From positions 1 through 64,000 of the IMG/VR virus record IMGVR_UViG_2929541355_000001: a stretch of DNA of 64,000 nt. The stretch is one strand, 5' to 3'. The stretch is from a virus (Duplodnaviria > Caudoviricetes). Each line of letters opens with the position of its first letter. The stretch's first letter is position 1. The position numbers were made by a program, and so were the translations under genes. Below, in pieces: positions 17,659-26,677 of the stretch. The notes beneath the pieces are model-generated. The model was not told the origin of the DNA, did not search any database, and saw only the letters and a program-made list of their open reading frames with translations.

Positions 17659-17843
17659 GCGTCCGGTCCTCCTTCGAGTGCGTCGTGGTCTTGCCGGTCG
17701 GTGCCCACGCCCCTGCTGTGTGGCCGCGGCTGCCCGTGTCCGGGCCGTGCACGGTCGCGGTGGCCCTCCCGGAGCAGCAGCACCGCACAGGCGGTGAGCG
17801 CGGCGAGGAGGGCCAGCGCGGGGGCGTGGTGGGCCAGGGTCAC
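17655..17843 (-). CDS. small membrane protein
   Basis: hydrophobic ALALLAALTACAVLLL; GTGA coupling. Confidence 0.45.
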   Translation of the reverse strand: MTLAHHAPALALLAALTACAVLLLREGHRDRARPGHGQPRPHSRGVGTDRQDHDALEGGPDA

Positions 17844-19099
17844 GGGGCGGGGTGGTACAGCTGGTGGAACATGTCGACGGAATGGGCGGCACCACTCATG
17901 CCGCCGTGCCACTCGAACGCCACCGTGTCGCCGCTGTACTTGTCGACCCACAGGCGGGTGACGGTGACGGTGCGGGCCCTGGTGCGGCACTCGTACCGGT
18001 CGCCCACGGCCAGTGGCGGCGCCTCGGTCTCGGTGTCCGGCTGGTCGAGGACGGCCCGGCAGTGGGCGTGCTCGGGGGTGCGCCCCCGAACCCGCGCCAC
18101 GCAGCATTCGCCGCAGGCGCCGCCGGTCGCGACTCCGAGGATGTTGACCGGGTCCGCCGCCTCGGTCTCGGGCTGCTGCGCCTCGTCGTCGGCGTGGGGG
18201 GTGCGCACGTACCCGTGGTGGTGGGTTTCGCGGGGGTCACCGCAGTGTGCGCACAGGCCGATCGTGTCGGGCTGCTGCGCCTCGTCGGCCATGCGGCGGA
18301 GCAGCTCGATGGCCTCGGTGAAGGCGGCGGCTGCGGAGACGCGGGAGTCGACCGGGCCAGCGACGAGCGCGTTGGCGGCCTCCCGCAGCACGGCGGCCCG
18401 GTCGGTGCGCAGCCGTTCCACCTCGGCCCGCAGGCGGATGCAGGCCTGCTTGTACTCCTGCTTCCGCTGGTCGGCTTCGGCGAGCGTCCGTCGGTAGCCC
18501 GAAACCGCGTCACGCAGTTCCTGCTGCTCGGCGTCCGCGACGGCCATGTAAACGGCGAGGGTGTTGCGGTCGACCTCGCGACCAGCGGCGTGGGCAGCAG
18601 CCTCCCAACGGGCGCGGCGGTCGGCGGGCGTGGTCTCGGGGGTGCCGTACACGCGGTGCCGGGACGCGTACACCCCGGAGTGCTCCCCGCCCACCAGCAG
18701 CTCCAGGCGCGGCCCGTCCTGCCGCCAGCTGTAGTCCGGGCACGACGGCTCGTCCTCCTGCCAGCAGTCGATCGTGCCCTGCCTCGCCGCATCCACGGTC
18801 GCGAAGTGGGCCCAGACGGACTCGTCCTCATGCCACACGGTCCACACCTCGGACAGCGGGGCGGGTGCGGTCTCGGGCTGCTGGTCGGTGGTGCCGAGGA
18901 CCAGCTCCGTGTGGGGCAGGACGGCCAGGACCGCATCGGCGAGGGGCTGCGCACGGTGCAGCCGGATCTCCTCGGCCGTCGCGGTGAGCGGCAGCCCGCC
19001 GGGGCTGTTGTGCTGAGGTCCGGCGTAGCGCGGCTTCAAGGCGTCGGCCAGCGCCTGGGCGATGCGGTCGTGCAGTTCGGTGGGTGTGGTGTCGGGCAT
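17840..19099 (-). CDS. mosaic multi-domain hypothetical protein
   Basis: 419-aa ORF, RBS GAGGAG, repeated QQPET/QQPDT linkers. Confidence 0.7.
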   Translation of the reverse strand: MPDTTPTELHDRIAQALADALKPRYAGPQHNSPGGLPLTATAEEIRLHRAQPLADAVLAVLPHTELVLGTTDQQPETAPAPLSEVWTVWHEDESVWAHFATVDAARQGTIDCWQEDEPSCPDYSWRQDGPRLELLVGGEHSGVYASRHRVYGTPETTPADRRARWEAAAHAAGREVDRNTLAVYMAVADAEQQELRDAVSGYRRTLAEADQRKQEYKQACIRLRAEVERLRTDRAAVLREAANALVAGPVDSRVSAAAAFTEAIELLRRMADEAQQPDTIGLCAHCGDPRETHHHGYVRTPHADDEAQQPETEAADPVNILGVATGGACGECCVARVRGRTPEHAHCRAVLDQPDTETEAPPLAVGDRYECRTRARTVTVTRLWVDKYSGDTVAFEWHGGMSGAAHSVDMFHQLYHPAP

Positions 19100-19166
19100 G
19101 TGGGACTCCTCGGTACGGTGAGCGGGCGCCCCGGCCGGATAGTCCCCGGCCGGGGCGTACTGCGTG

Positions 19167-19799
19167 TCATGCGGCGTCGCCGAATAGGGCGGGTTGACCG
19201 TTGATCTCGGCGGACCAGGCGAGGGTGGCCGGCAGGTTGGTGTCGGGGCCGAAAGCTATGTATGTGCCGTCGGCAGTGAGGCAGCCGAACTCGTGGGCGA
19301 GGCGTAGGCGTCGGCGGGAGTTGACCCGTCCCATGTGGACGGTCTTGCCGCGGTTGATGGCTTCGGCTGCGAGTTGGCGTGCGGCTCGTCCGGTCTTCCA
19401 TTCGGTGGATCCGGCCAGGAACAGAACGTCGAGGTCGTCCCAGGGAATGAGCCCGTGCTCGCACCCGTCTTGTGCAGCGAACGCGGCGGGGGCTCCCAGC
19501 TGGCGGATGCGGGGGAGCCAGGGCAGGGACTCGGCCAGGGTGCCGGCGGCGTCGAACGGAATGTCGGGGGCGACGGCCCACAGGCAGCGGTCGGCGCCGT
19601 AGCGGGTGACGGTGCGCTCCAGCCAGTCGAACCAGGCAGCGGCACCGGGCCAGCCCTTGCCGAACTTCCCGTTGTCGCAGGCGTACAGCGCTCCGTCGGG
19701 GATGCGGTTGCCCTGCGCCGGGGTCGTCATGCAGCCGAGGAGACCGGCTGTCATGGCGGTGCGGACGTCAGGCCCGGACGGTGTGGCGAGGTAGAGCAC
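19167..19799 (-). CDS. TGT-fold / DpdA-like putative deazapurine DNA-modification protein
   Basis: motifs DNGKF, VAPD, AQDG, LFLAGSTEWK, HMGRVNS, TADGT in TGT-barrel order; next to a Vut transporter. Confidence 0.6.
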   Translation of the reverse strand: MLYLATPSGPDVRTAMTAGLLGCMTTPAQGNRIPDGALYACDNGKFGKGWPGAAAWFDWLERTVTRYGADRCLWAVAPDIPFDAAGTLAESLPWLPRIRQLGAPAAFAAQDGCEHGLIPWDDLDVLFLAGSTEWKTGRAARQLAAEAINRGKTVHMGRVNSRRRLRLAHEFGCLTADGTYIAFGPDTNLPATLAWSAEINGQPALFGDAA

Positions 19800-20307
19800 G
19801 ACGCCACCTCCTGACGGTGACGACTGCGGCGACGGGCAGGAGGGTGGCCCAGGCGAGTTTCCCGATGAGCTGTCCGCCGACGGTGGCGGTGGTGATGGGG
19901 AACCCGGCGAGGAGCAGGAACAGCAGCGTGTCGACGACCGCCCCGACGGCGTTGGAGGCGATGACGGCACGGGCCCAACCGCGGGACCGGAGCGGGGTGT
20001 ACACGCCCATGTCGGCCAGTTCCGCGGCAAGGAACGCGGCGGCGGATGCGACGGCCAGGGCGGGGCTGGTAGCCCACGTGAGGGCGGCGCCGGTGGTGAT
20101 CCCAGCGAGAACCCAGCCGCGGCCGAGCGTGTCTTGCACGGTGTCACGAAGGAGGAGCGCGGCCCCGGCGGCGAACGTGCCAGCAGTGGTGAGCAGGCCG
20201 GCGCCGACGGGGACCATGCCATACCGGGCGGTCAGATAGTTCGCGGCGGTGATGGCGCCGACGTACCCGGTGAGGGCGGCGGGGCCAGCAAGGCGGCGCT
20301 CGGTCAC
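19768..20307 (-). CDS. Vut_1/YhhQ-family queuosine-precursor transporter
   Basis: AANYL, LLLRDTVQDTLG, ALASAAAFLAAELAD..VY, SN.VG.VVDTLLF. Confidence 0.85.
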   Translation of the reverse strand: MTERRLAGPAALTGYVGAITAANYLTARYGMVPVGAGLLTTAGTFAAGAALLLRDTVQDTLGRGWVLAGITTGAALTWATSPALAVASAAAFLAAELADMGVYTPLRSRGWARAVIASNAVGAVVDTLLFLLLAGFPITTATVGGQLIGKLAWATLLPVAAVVTVRRWRRALPRHTVRA

Positions 20308-20472
20308 TTCATGCTCCTGGTCTGTGCGTTGTGCGCGGCGGTGCGGGTCTGGTGGACGTTGTGGCGGCGGGTGCGGGATCCTCCGTGGCTGGTGCACAGC
20401 TGGCCGGGGGTACTGCCGCAGGACGGGCAGGCGACAGCCAGGGCGGGGAAGTGGGCGGGGTCGGTCAGGCAT
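20304..20472 (-). pseudogene. Zn-finger ORF whose ATG is one base out of frame
   Basis: RBS AGGAG + ATG at 20472; high-GC3 frame LTDPAHFPALAVACPSCGSTPGQLCTSHGGSRTRRHNVHQTR lies +1. Confidence 0.45.
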
Positions 20473-20553
20473 GTGGGTCTCCTGGGGAAGGGGCCTGTTC
20501 TCAGGGTGGCGCGGACTTGGGCCGGTGCTCCCCCTGCTCAACCTTCGAGTGCC

Positions 20554-20583
20554 ACTCTACCCTGAAATGTAGTGCACGTGCCA
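20554..20583 (-). promoter_or_regulatory. promoter with GCACGTGCACTA element
   Basis: TGGCAC-N18-TAGAGT; twin of 3219-3248. Confidence 0.6.
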
Positions 20584-20693
20584 TATGGATGATGTCACGA
20601 GTGAGGCATGAACCAGCCCGGCACTTCAGCCGGCCCCGGACATGGCAACGCCCCCGGCAACAGCCAGGGGCGGAAGGGACAGCGGGAGGTCGG

Positions 20694-20996
20694 TCAGACG
20701 CGACGAGCCCGGTTCTCAGCAGCGCTGAGCTGGCTCGGTTCGGTACGGGGCGCGTTCTCGTACCAGCAGAACGGGCGGGTCGTGTCCGCGGCCGCGAACA
20801 CCCGAGTCGCCGCGCCCACAACCGTGCCGGGCTCGACACGGGCCCCGTCGATCGAGGCGAGCATGCGGGCTCCGTGGTGCTCACACCCCGGAGCGGCGTT
20901 CGCGTGCCCGTCGAGGATCGTCACCGCGTCGTGCGGGCCGGCACACGGCGTCCGGTCGTCCTCATGGGCGGCAGAACAACGGTCGGTGTCAGGCAC
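20694..20996 (-). CDS. hypothetical protein
   Basis: RBS GAGGAGG; RCSAAHEDD.TPC.GP...GCEHHGARMLAS. Confidence 0.7.
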   Translation of the reverse strand: MPDTDRCSAAHEDDRTPCAGPHDAVTILDGHANAAPGCEHHGARMLASIDGARVEPGTVVGAATRVFAAADTTRPFCWYENAPRTEPSQLSAAENRARRV

Positions 20997-21027
20997 GGCG
21001 GCCTCCTCGTTCGCGGTTCTCTGGACT

Positions 21028-21651
21028 CTACGCGGTGGTGCCGGCGTCCTCGATGTCGTCGTTGATGAGATATCCCCTCATGGTCGACAGCAGGTCGGCC
21101 GCCTCCCGCAGGTGCCCGTGCGCTACCGCGGTCGCTTGCTGCGCGTTCAGCAGCGCACGCAACAGCGCGGATACCGGCTCGCCCGGGACGCCACCGCCCG
21201 CCATCTGGATCATCTGCGCGCCTTCTAGGTGCCGGAGGGCGCGGGATATCTGCTTCAGGGATTCAGGGAGCGGTTCAAGGACCGCGGCAAGGCCATCAAC
21301 CTTGGAGAAGGCGTTGCCGTGGACGGTGCCGGTAAGCCCGCTCTCGCCGTGGGCGCCCTCGGTGTCGGGGGTTTGGTGGTCCGCGGCCTGGTCGTACGTA
21401 CCGGGCTTCCAGTCCGCAGACAGCGTGATCGCCTTCTCCGACTCGTACCGCTCCGGTTCGTCGTCCGTGGATGGCCACCTGACCTCTTCGTGGTAGGCGT
21501 CGACGAGAACACCGTCGCGGGACCCGTCGAAATCGCCCGGATCTTCGGCAATGTCGAGGTAGATAGGGGTGTCGTCGGGGAGCCCGTCGAGGGCTTGGCG
21601 GAGCTGCCCGGCGGTCCATACCTGCGGGACGTGTTCAAACGTGTCGGCCAT
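21028..21651 (-). CDS. DUF6225-like protein fused to a helical domain
   Basis: FEH.PQVWTAGQLR.AL.GLPDDTP; -10 CATTCT 6 nt upstream (leaderless). Confidence 0.65.
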   Translation of the reverse strand: MADTFEHVPQVWTAGQLRQALDGLPDDTPIYLDIAEDPGDFDGSRDGVLVDAYHEEVRWPSTDDEPERYESEKAITLSADWKPGTYDQAADHQTPDTEGAHGESGLTGTVHGNAFSKVDGLAAVLEPLPESLKQISRALRHLEGAQMIQMAGGGVPGEPVSALLRALLNAQQATAVAHGHLREAADLLSTMRGYLINDDIEDAGTTA

Positions 21652-21720
21652 GCGCACAGAATGCCGGACCGGGCTGACGGTGCGTGGGCGAACACGGCTG
21701 CACCCCGGCCGCGGCAGCGC

Positions 21721-21840
21721 CTACGAGGCGGCGTACACCGCCAGGATCACCACCGCGAGCAGGATCAGCCACAGCGGCATCCCGGACTTCGTGAACCGGC
21801 CGCGGTTGTCACGAGCTTGCGGTCGTCGGCGCTTCGCCAT
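21721..21840 (-). CDS. 39-aa basic single-TM peptide
   Basis: RBS GAGGGG; MAKRRRPQARDNRGRFTKSGMPLWLILLAVVILAVYAAS. Confidence 0.55.
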   Translation of the reverse strand: MAKRRRPQARDNRGRFTKSGMPLWLILLAVVILAVYAAS

Positions 21841-21929
21841 GGTCCGTGTCCCCCTCGTAGGCCTGGTGTCGGTTTCGACGGTGGGGCCGACCCGGTGTTC
21901 AGGCAAGGGCGCGAACCGGCCGAGTGGAG

Positions 21930-21977
21930 GCGCGACTGCGCCCCGAACCAAAGCACAGGTCCGGGGCGCAGTCGCGC
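21930..21977. terminator. long GC hairpin
   Basis: GCGCGACTGCGCCCCGAACC-N8-GGTCCGGGGCGCAGTCGCGC just after the stop at 21980. Confidence 0.75.
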
Positions 21978-21979
21978 GG

Positions 21980-22264
21980 TCAGACTTCGGGGTCTGCCCG
22001 GAAATAGCCGGGGGCGAGCTGTCCGAGGCGGTCGTCTCCCCCTGCGGCCAGCACGAGGAACACATGCAGACCGAGGTCGAAGATGCCGTGCTTGTCGTAG
22101 CTGAACCAGGTGTCCACCACTCGGTAGCGGTCGCCGTTGCCCAGCAGAACTCCGGCCCCGATGGGCAGGCTCAGAACGCCGTGCTCCTCCTGGTACAGGA
22201 CATCTGTCGAGTTCGCTTCGTGGAAGTACGTCGGCCACTGGTAGATGCCGGGGCTGTCCGCCAT
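21980..22264 (-). CDS. hypothetical moron protein
   Basis: RBS GGGGAGGG; own terminator. Confidence 0.6.
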   Translation of the reverse strand: MADSPGIYQWPTYFHEANSTDVLYQEEHGVLSLPIGAGVLLGNGDRYRVVDTWFSYDKHGIFDLGLHVFLVLAAGGDDRLGQLAPGYFRADPEV

Positions 22265-22352
22265 GTTTCCCTCCCCATGTTCGCGGAGCGCTTCAGGCGC
22301 CCCCGCTTCGATCATGCCCTGTGTTGGCCGGGACGGAGATGGGGACGATCTA

Positions 22353-22580
22353 TCAGGCTTCGGCCGTCCTGCTGCCGGAAGCGAAGAAGGCACGGATGAT
22401 CTCGCGTACCTCAAGGAACCGCTCCCAGGCGCCGATCGAGTGCCGGTACGCCCCCTGGGCCTCCTTGAGCGTCTTGGAGGCCTCGCGAAGCGTCTTCGTC
22501 ACTTTGTCGCTACACAGGGCGAGACGGTCGAGGAGCGCGATACACGCAGCGAGGAGGGAGGGGTGGGGTTCATCGGTCAT
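22353..22580 (-). CDS. hypothetical helical protein
   Basis: ORF with plausible codon usage. Confidence 0.4.
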   Translation of the reverse strand: MTDEPHPSLLAACIALLDRLALCSDKVTKTLREASKTLKEAQGAYRHSIGAWERFLEVREIIRAFFASGSRTAEA

Positions 22581-22710
22581 GGGATCGGCCTGTTCTCGGA
22601 TGGAAGCACGTCTCGGCATTACACAGCACGATGCGCGAATCCCGAACTTGGGACCAAGACGCCGTGCTGCTCCCGGCTTGCTCCAGGCGGTCATCCAGCG
22701 GCGACACCGG

Positions 22711-23973
22711 CTACGCCGCTGCTCCCGCAGCTCCTTGGGCCTCCTCATGCTTCCTGCGGCACGACCAGTGCTCCGGCAGCCCTTCCGGCCCGGTCATGCT
22801 CGCCACCATCCCGCAGCCGAACCGGCAGGGCGGAATCGGTTGACCTGCCGCGTCAAGCGAGACCTCCGCGGGCTGAGGCTTCTGGGCAGCGCGGGTCTCA
22901 AGAACGACCATGAGGCTCCCACGGCGCTCCTTCGGTTCAGACCGCACGTCAGATTCCGGGCGGTCCTCGGTGCACCGGTCCCTCCGGTCGCCCTGCAGTA
23001 CCGAAGGGGCGCGCACGGGAACATCGACGCCAGGGCCATTGGCCTCCAGGTACTTTTCCCAGTGCTCGGCGGATAGCCACCCATGCTGGCCGCTCCGCTG
23101 AAACGGAACGCGCTCGCCTGCCGCAGCCTCCACGATGAACTGGGTCAGTGTCAGGCCCTTCTGGTACCTCTCCTGTGCGAAGGAGCTCGCCAGGTGAAGG
23201 GGCACGAGGACGCGGTGCCATCCCCCGCAGTACCCAGTGGCGGTGGGATTCAGCGGGTCATAGGCAATCTCCGGGCACCGGTCGAGCGCACCGCTCTGAT
23301 TGCAATGCCCCTCCTCCATGACGAAGTTGCCGTCCCGGATCTCGATGGGGTTCTTCTGCACGCGGATCACGGAGGCCGGCAGGTGCGGTGTGCGGACGTA
23401 CGGAACCCTGCCGATGCCGGTGTGCTCGGGGTCGGTGAAATCCCACACGGACTGAATACCGCTGCTCTTCCGGAATCGTTCGCGGGTCCGCATGCCGCGA
23501 GCGGTCTGCGCACTCAGTTGCGGCTCGTAGCCCAGAACGATGCCGTTGTCGCCGATGATGCGAACGTCCAGACGTGCCCGCCCGTCTGCGGCCGTCGACT
23601 CGATATTGGCTCGGTAGCCGTGGTCTTCGGAGTCCTTCGCGACGCGTTCCTTGCGGGCGATGTGCTCGTCGGACTCGTGGCTGATGGGCTTCTCTCCGGG
23701 CTTGCGGTAATGAGAAGCAAACCATTGGCCGTCGCGCTCGACGAGGTACATGGGTACGCGGCGGTTGCGGATGTCCCGGCAGTCGGGGCAGATCAGCCCG
23801 CGCTCTTCGACGGGGACGCGCTTCCGCATGCGGAGGAGCTCGTCGAGGAGGCCTTCGCCGTGCGGTACGCCGAGGTCGGCCCGGTTCAGGTCGAGGTTGC
23901 GGCCGGCCGGTTCGTAGTAGACGGGGTTCCGGAAGAGGTCTTCGTCGCTGTCGATCTGAAAGTCGTCGTCCAT
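22711..23973 (-). CDS. CoiA-like nuclease (Zn ribbon + PD-(D/E)xK)
   Basis: LICPDC...FASH...ESDEH...K...E...RLDV...YEPQLS. Confidence 0.7.
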   Translation of the reverse strand: MDDDFQIDSDEDLFRNPVYYEPAGRNLDLNRADLGVPHGEGLLDELLRMRKRVPVEERGLICPDCRDIRNRRVPMYLVERDGQWFASHYRKPGEKPISHESDEHIARKERVAKDSEDHGYRANIESTAADGRARLDVRIIGDNGIVLGYEPQLSAQTARGMRTRERFRKSSGIQSVWDFTDPEHTGIGRVPYVRTPHLPASVIRVQKNPIEIRDGNFVMEEGHCNQSGALDRCPEIAYDPLNPTATGYCGGWHRVLVPLHLASSFAQERYQKGLTLTQFIVEAAAGERVPFQRSGQHGWLSAEHWEKYLEANGPGVDVPVRAPSVLQGDRRDRCTEDRPESDVRSEPKERRGSLMVVLETRAAQKPQPAEVSLDAAGQPIPPCRFGCGMVASMTGPEGLPEHWSCRRKHEEAQGAAGAAA

Positions 23974-24338
23974 TGGTGCTCCCCGCAGCCGCCACCAGTA
24001 GGACCAACCACGGTACGGGCAGGGTCTGACAATCAGGGCTGAGCGGCCAAGATCGGGCAATGGGCACGGTTTCCTGCGATGGCAGGCTCCTTCCTCAGAA
24101 AGACCCCACTGACGGCAACGTCGGATTCCGGCATCATCGACGGGGGCGACCAGAGGGGGATCCGTGAACTTCTCGTTCGAGTGCGGGTGGTGTGGGGCGG
24201 ACTGCGTGGTGTGGGGGGAGCCCATCATCTCCTGGTGGTCGCAGAAGTACCGCGTGGATGACTTCGACTGCTGGGCGTGTGGTACGACCTGCACTCCCCA
24301 CGACCCGCCCTGGACACCAGCCGACTGAACCCGGGCTT

Positions 24339-25019
24339 TCAGAGCGGGTCTGGCCCGCAGAGGGCGCAGTTCCTCTTCTTGGTGTTCTTCAACCGCAACT
24401 CCTCAGCGGTGTACAGCATGGGAAGGCGCGGCCAGTGGTAGTACGCGTGTTCCATGCCTAGGTCGCGGGCCGCTTGGATACTCGTCTCCATCGCGACCAG
24501 ACTCTTCTCTACGTTGTTCAATGACTGGCAGTCCCACCGGTGCAGCCGGGTTGCGCTCGCGCCCATGGCGTACGTCTTGCCCTCGTCGAGCTGCTTCTGC
24601 CATCTAGCGATGTCGGCGCGGGACTGCTCACGCACGCTTCGGATCTGGTAGCAGTCCTGGCAGATCCCCTTCATGTACTGGCATGAACAGCCGCCGCAGT
24701 CCTTGCAGGGCACGCATGCATGGGTCCGCTGTTCCGGGAGGACTGGGCTCTCGTGAACGGTGACGATCTCGCCTCTTCCCGCATGGTCCCTTAGGGCTGC
24801 TGCTCCGACCGATTCCAGTTCGGCGATGTACGGGCGAAGGTCGTCGGCTGAATCGAGACCACACAGGACTGCAATCTCCGCCAGGCCGCTCTCGTCCTCG
24901 TCGAGGCTGGCCAGGAGGAGGACGTAGGCGAGACGGGCGGTGGGGCTGATCTTCCTGTTCATGACGGTCGCACGATCGGCGACGAAGACGGGCTGAACGC
25001 GAGAGCGGATCATCGGCAT
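24339..25019 (-). CDS. wHTH + Zn-finger + DUF6233-like protein
   Basis: ISPTARLAYVLL HTH start; CKDC...CQDC; LHRWDC...CALCGP. Confidence 0.7.
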   Translation of the reverse strand: MPMIRSRVQPVFVADRATVMNRKISPTARLAYVLLLASLDEDESGLAEIAVLCGLDSADDLRPYIAELESVGAAALRDHAGRGEIVTVHESPVLPEQRTHACVPCKDCGGCSCQYMKGICQDCYQIRSVREQSRADIARWQKQLDEGKTYAMGASATRLHRWDCQSLNNVEKSLVAMETSIQAARDLGMEHAYYHWPRLPMLYTAEELRLKNTKKRNCALCGPDPL

Positions 25020-25073
25020 ACATGTCTCCTGAGAGGGCCGGGCCGGCCCGTGAAGGCCGACCCGGCAAGGTTG

Positions 25074-26450
25074 TCAGAACGGGGCGGGCGCGCCCGCGTT
25101 CTCGAGGTCATGACGCTCGGCAGCGGCTGCTTCGCAGTCCCGGCATAGCGGGCCGGCGGTCACCACGATGGATGCCGAGCAACGGTCGTTCCCGCAGTCC
25201 TTCAGTAGGACGCGGGGCTGTACGGGCCGCTGAGGTGGCAACGCGGCACCGGACGAACCGGCGGCCACGGAAGCGGCGTTCGAGCCCCCGGCCGCCTTCT
25301 GCCCGCGCGCACGGGCACGCTCAGCCTTTTGGTCAGCGTCCCGGACCGCGCACAGCCGACATGGCACCTTCGTGTCGATGTCCTGCCCGTTCTCGCACCG
25401 CGGGTCCGGGCACGCGAACCGGTCACCACGGCGCAACGGCTGCACCAGGGCAATCGCAACACCGACCGGCTTCTCGAACCGGTGGCTCTCGGCCCAGATG
25501 TCCGCGAACCCGTGATTCGACCACCGGTACCAGATCCGCTCACCCATCTGCTCCACCGTGCGGCCCTCGTCCATGGCGGTGAGGATCGCCGACGACAAGG
25601 CCGGCAGGTCGGGCAGGCCGTTGTCGAGGAGCTCCGGCGGGAACAGAGCCCGCACCCGGCGGACGACGTCGAGCTGCTCCCTGGTGTGGGCCGCCTTCTT
25701 GCTGCTGCCCTTGTCGTTCCGAGCCGGCCTGCGGGTGTCGTCGTGCGGTGTGGGGGAGGGGGCTGTCTTGCCGGACGCGGCGCAGCCGCCTTCGGCCTCA
25801 GGCCCTACTACCTCAGCTTGGAGGGCTACGCCGTCCACGGGGCTACGCCCCGAAGGGGCATCACCGTCTTCTTCTTGAACTGGGTCTGGTTGAACTTGGT
25901 CTAGTTGTTGGGCAGTGGGCGATTTCCCACCCTGCGAGGTGGGTTTTTCCCCACTTCCGGAGGTGGGGTTTTTCCCACCTCCGGGCTGACCTGCGGAAAC
26001 TTCTTGCGCCTTATCCTTGATCGGCTTCGACTTTTTGGCCTTCACATCCGGGTTGGCCTCGTAGAAGTCGGTCAGCGACAGCAGTCCCGTGTACCCCTCC
26101 GGCGGGTTGAAGCGGACCCAGTACCGGTAGCGGCGTCGCATCCCGCCGGCGTAGCGGAACTCCTGGAACCGAATGGCGCCGAGCGCGGCCAGCTCCTCTC
26201 GGTACTTCGCGACATCGCGGTAGTCCTTCAAGACCATCGCCTTCGCGACGGCCTTCTGTGATGGGAAGGCGATGCGCTTGCCGGGGGTGCGGTTGTTGAT
26301 GTGCTCGGCCAGGAAGGCGTACATCCGGTAGGCCTGCGCGGTACACCCACACAGAAGCACCCAAACAGGGACCGGGGTGTAGAAGGTGGGCCACTCCTCG
26401 GGGACAACCTCGTCCGAGTCTTCATTGAAGGCAAACGCTTCGCCGCTCAT
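25074..26450 (-). CDS. phage replication initiator (lambda O-like wHTH)
   Basis: FYTPVP.W...AYRMYAFL...AFPSQKAVA...EL..LGAI; internal iterons; C-terminal Zn motifs. Confidence 0.8.
   Translation of the reverse strand: MSGEAFAFNEDSDEVVPEEWPTFYTPVPVWVLLCGCTAQAYRMYAFLAEHINNRTPGKRIAFPSQKAVAKAMVLKDYRDVAKYREELAALGAIRFQEFRYAGGMRRRYRYWVRFNPPEGYTGLLSLTDFYEANPDVKAKKSKPIKDKAQEVSAGQPGGGKNPTSGSGEKPTSQGGKSPTAQQLDQVQPDPVQEEDGDAPSGRSPVDGVALQAEVVGPEAEGGCAASGKTAPSPTPHDDTRRPARNDKGSSKKAAHTREQLDVVRRVRALFPPELLDNGLPDLPALSSAILTAMDEGRTVEQMGERIWYRWSNHGFADIWAESHRFEKPVGVAIALVQPLRRGDRFACPDPRCENGQDIDTKVPCRLCAVRDADQKAERARARGQKAAGGSNAASVAAGSSGAALPPQRPVQPRVLLKDCGNDRCSASIVVTAGPLCRDCEAAAAERHDLENAGAPAPF
25914..25985. repeat. 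three 24-bp iterons (probable replication origin)
   Basis: AGTGGGCGATTTCCCACCCTGCGA / GGTGGGTTTTTCCCCACTTCCGGA / GGTGGGGTTTTTCCCACCTCCGGG, each with a GTGGG..CCCAC dyad; AT-richer tract alongside. Confidence 0.8.
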
Positions 26451-26527
26451 GACATCACCCCCGTCGTACGGAGGATCACGGAGCGTGGACTTGTTGGCGT
26501 AACTCTCGGACCCGATACTGTGTACAT
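26447..26527 (-). CDS. 26-aa leader peptide coupled to rep
   Basis: MYTVSGPRVTPTSPRSVILRTTGVMS; TGA overlaps rep ATG (ATGA). Confidence 0.4.
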   Translation of the reverse strand: MYTVSGPRVTPTSPRSVILRTTGVMS

Positions 26528-26630
26528 CGAGATCTGCTCTCTGAAGGTGGGACTCGTTGATCCAGCGGGCTGCGATCCGCTGTGGTGCTTGGAAGGCCGG
26601 TAGGAGCTGCGAACTCGCCGGCCTTCTTGC
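26526..26630 (+). ncRNA. predicted antisense counter-transcript to rep leader
   Basis: TTGTTG-N17-GATACT (26491-26519); two hairpins, the last followed by TTCTTG. Confidence 0.4.
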
Positions 26631-26677
26631 ATGTCCAGGACTACCGCGAACCGCGGCTATGTCAGGACGTAACCCGG

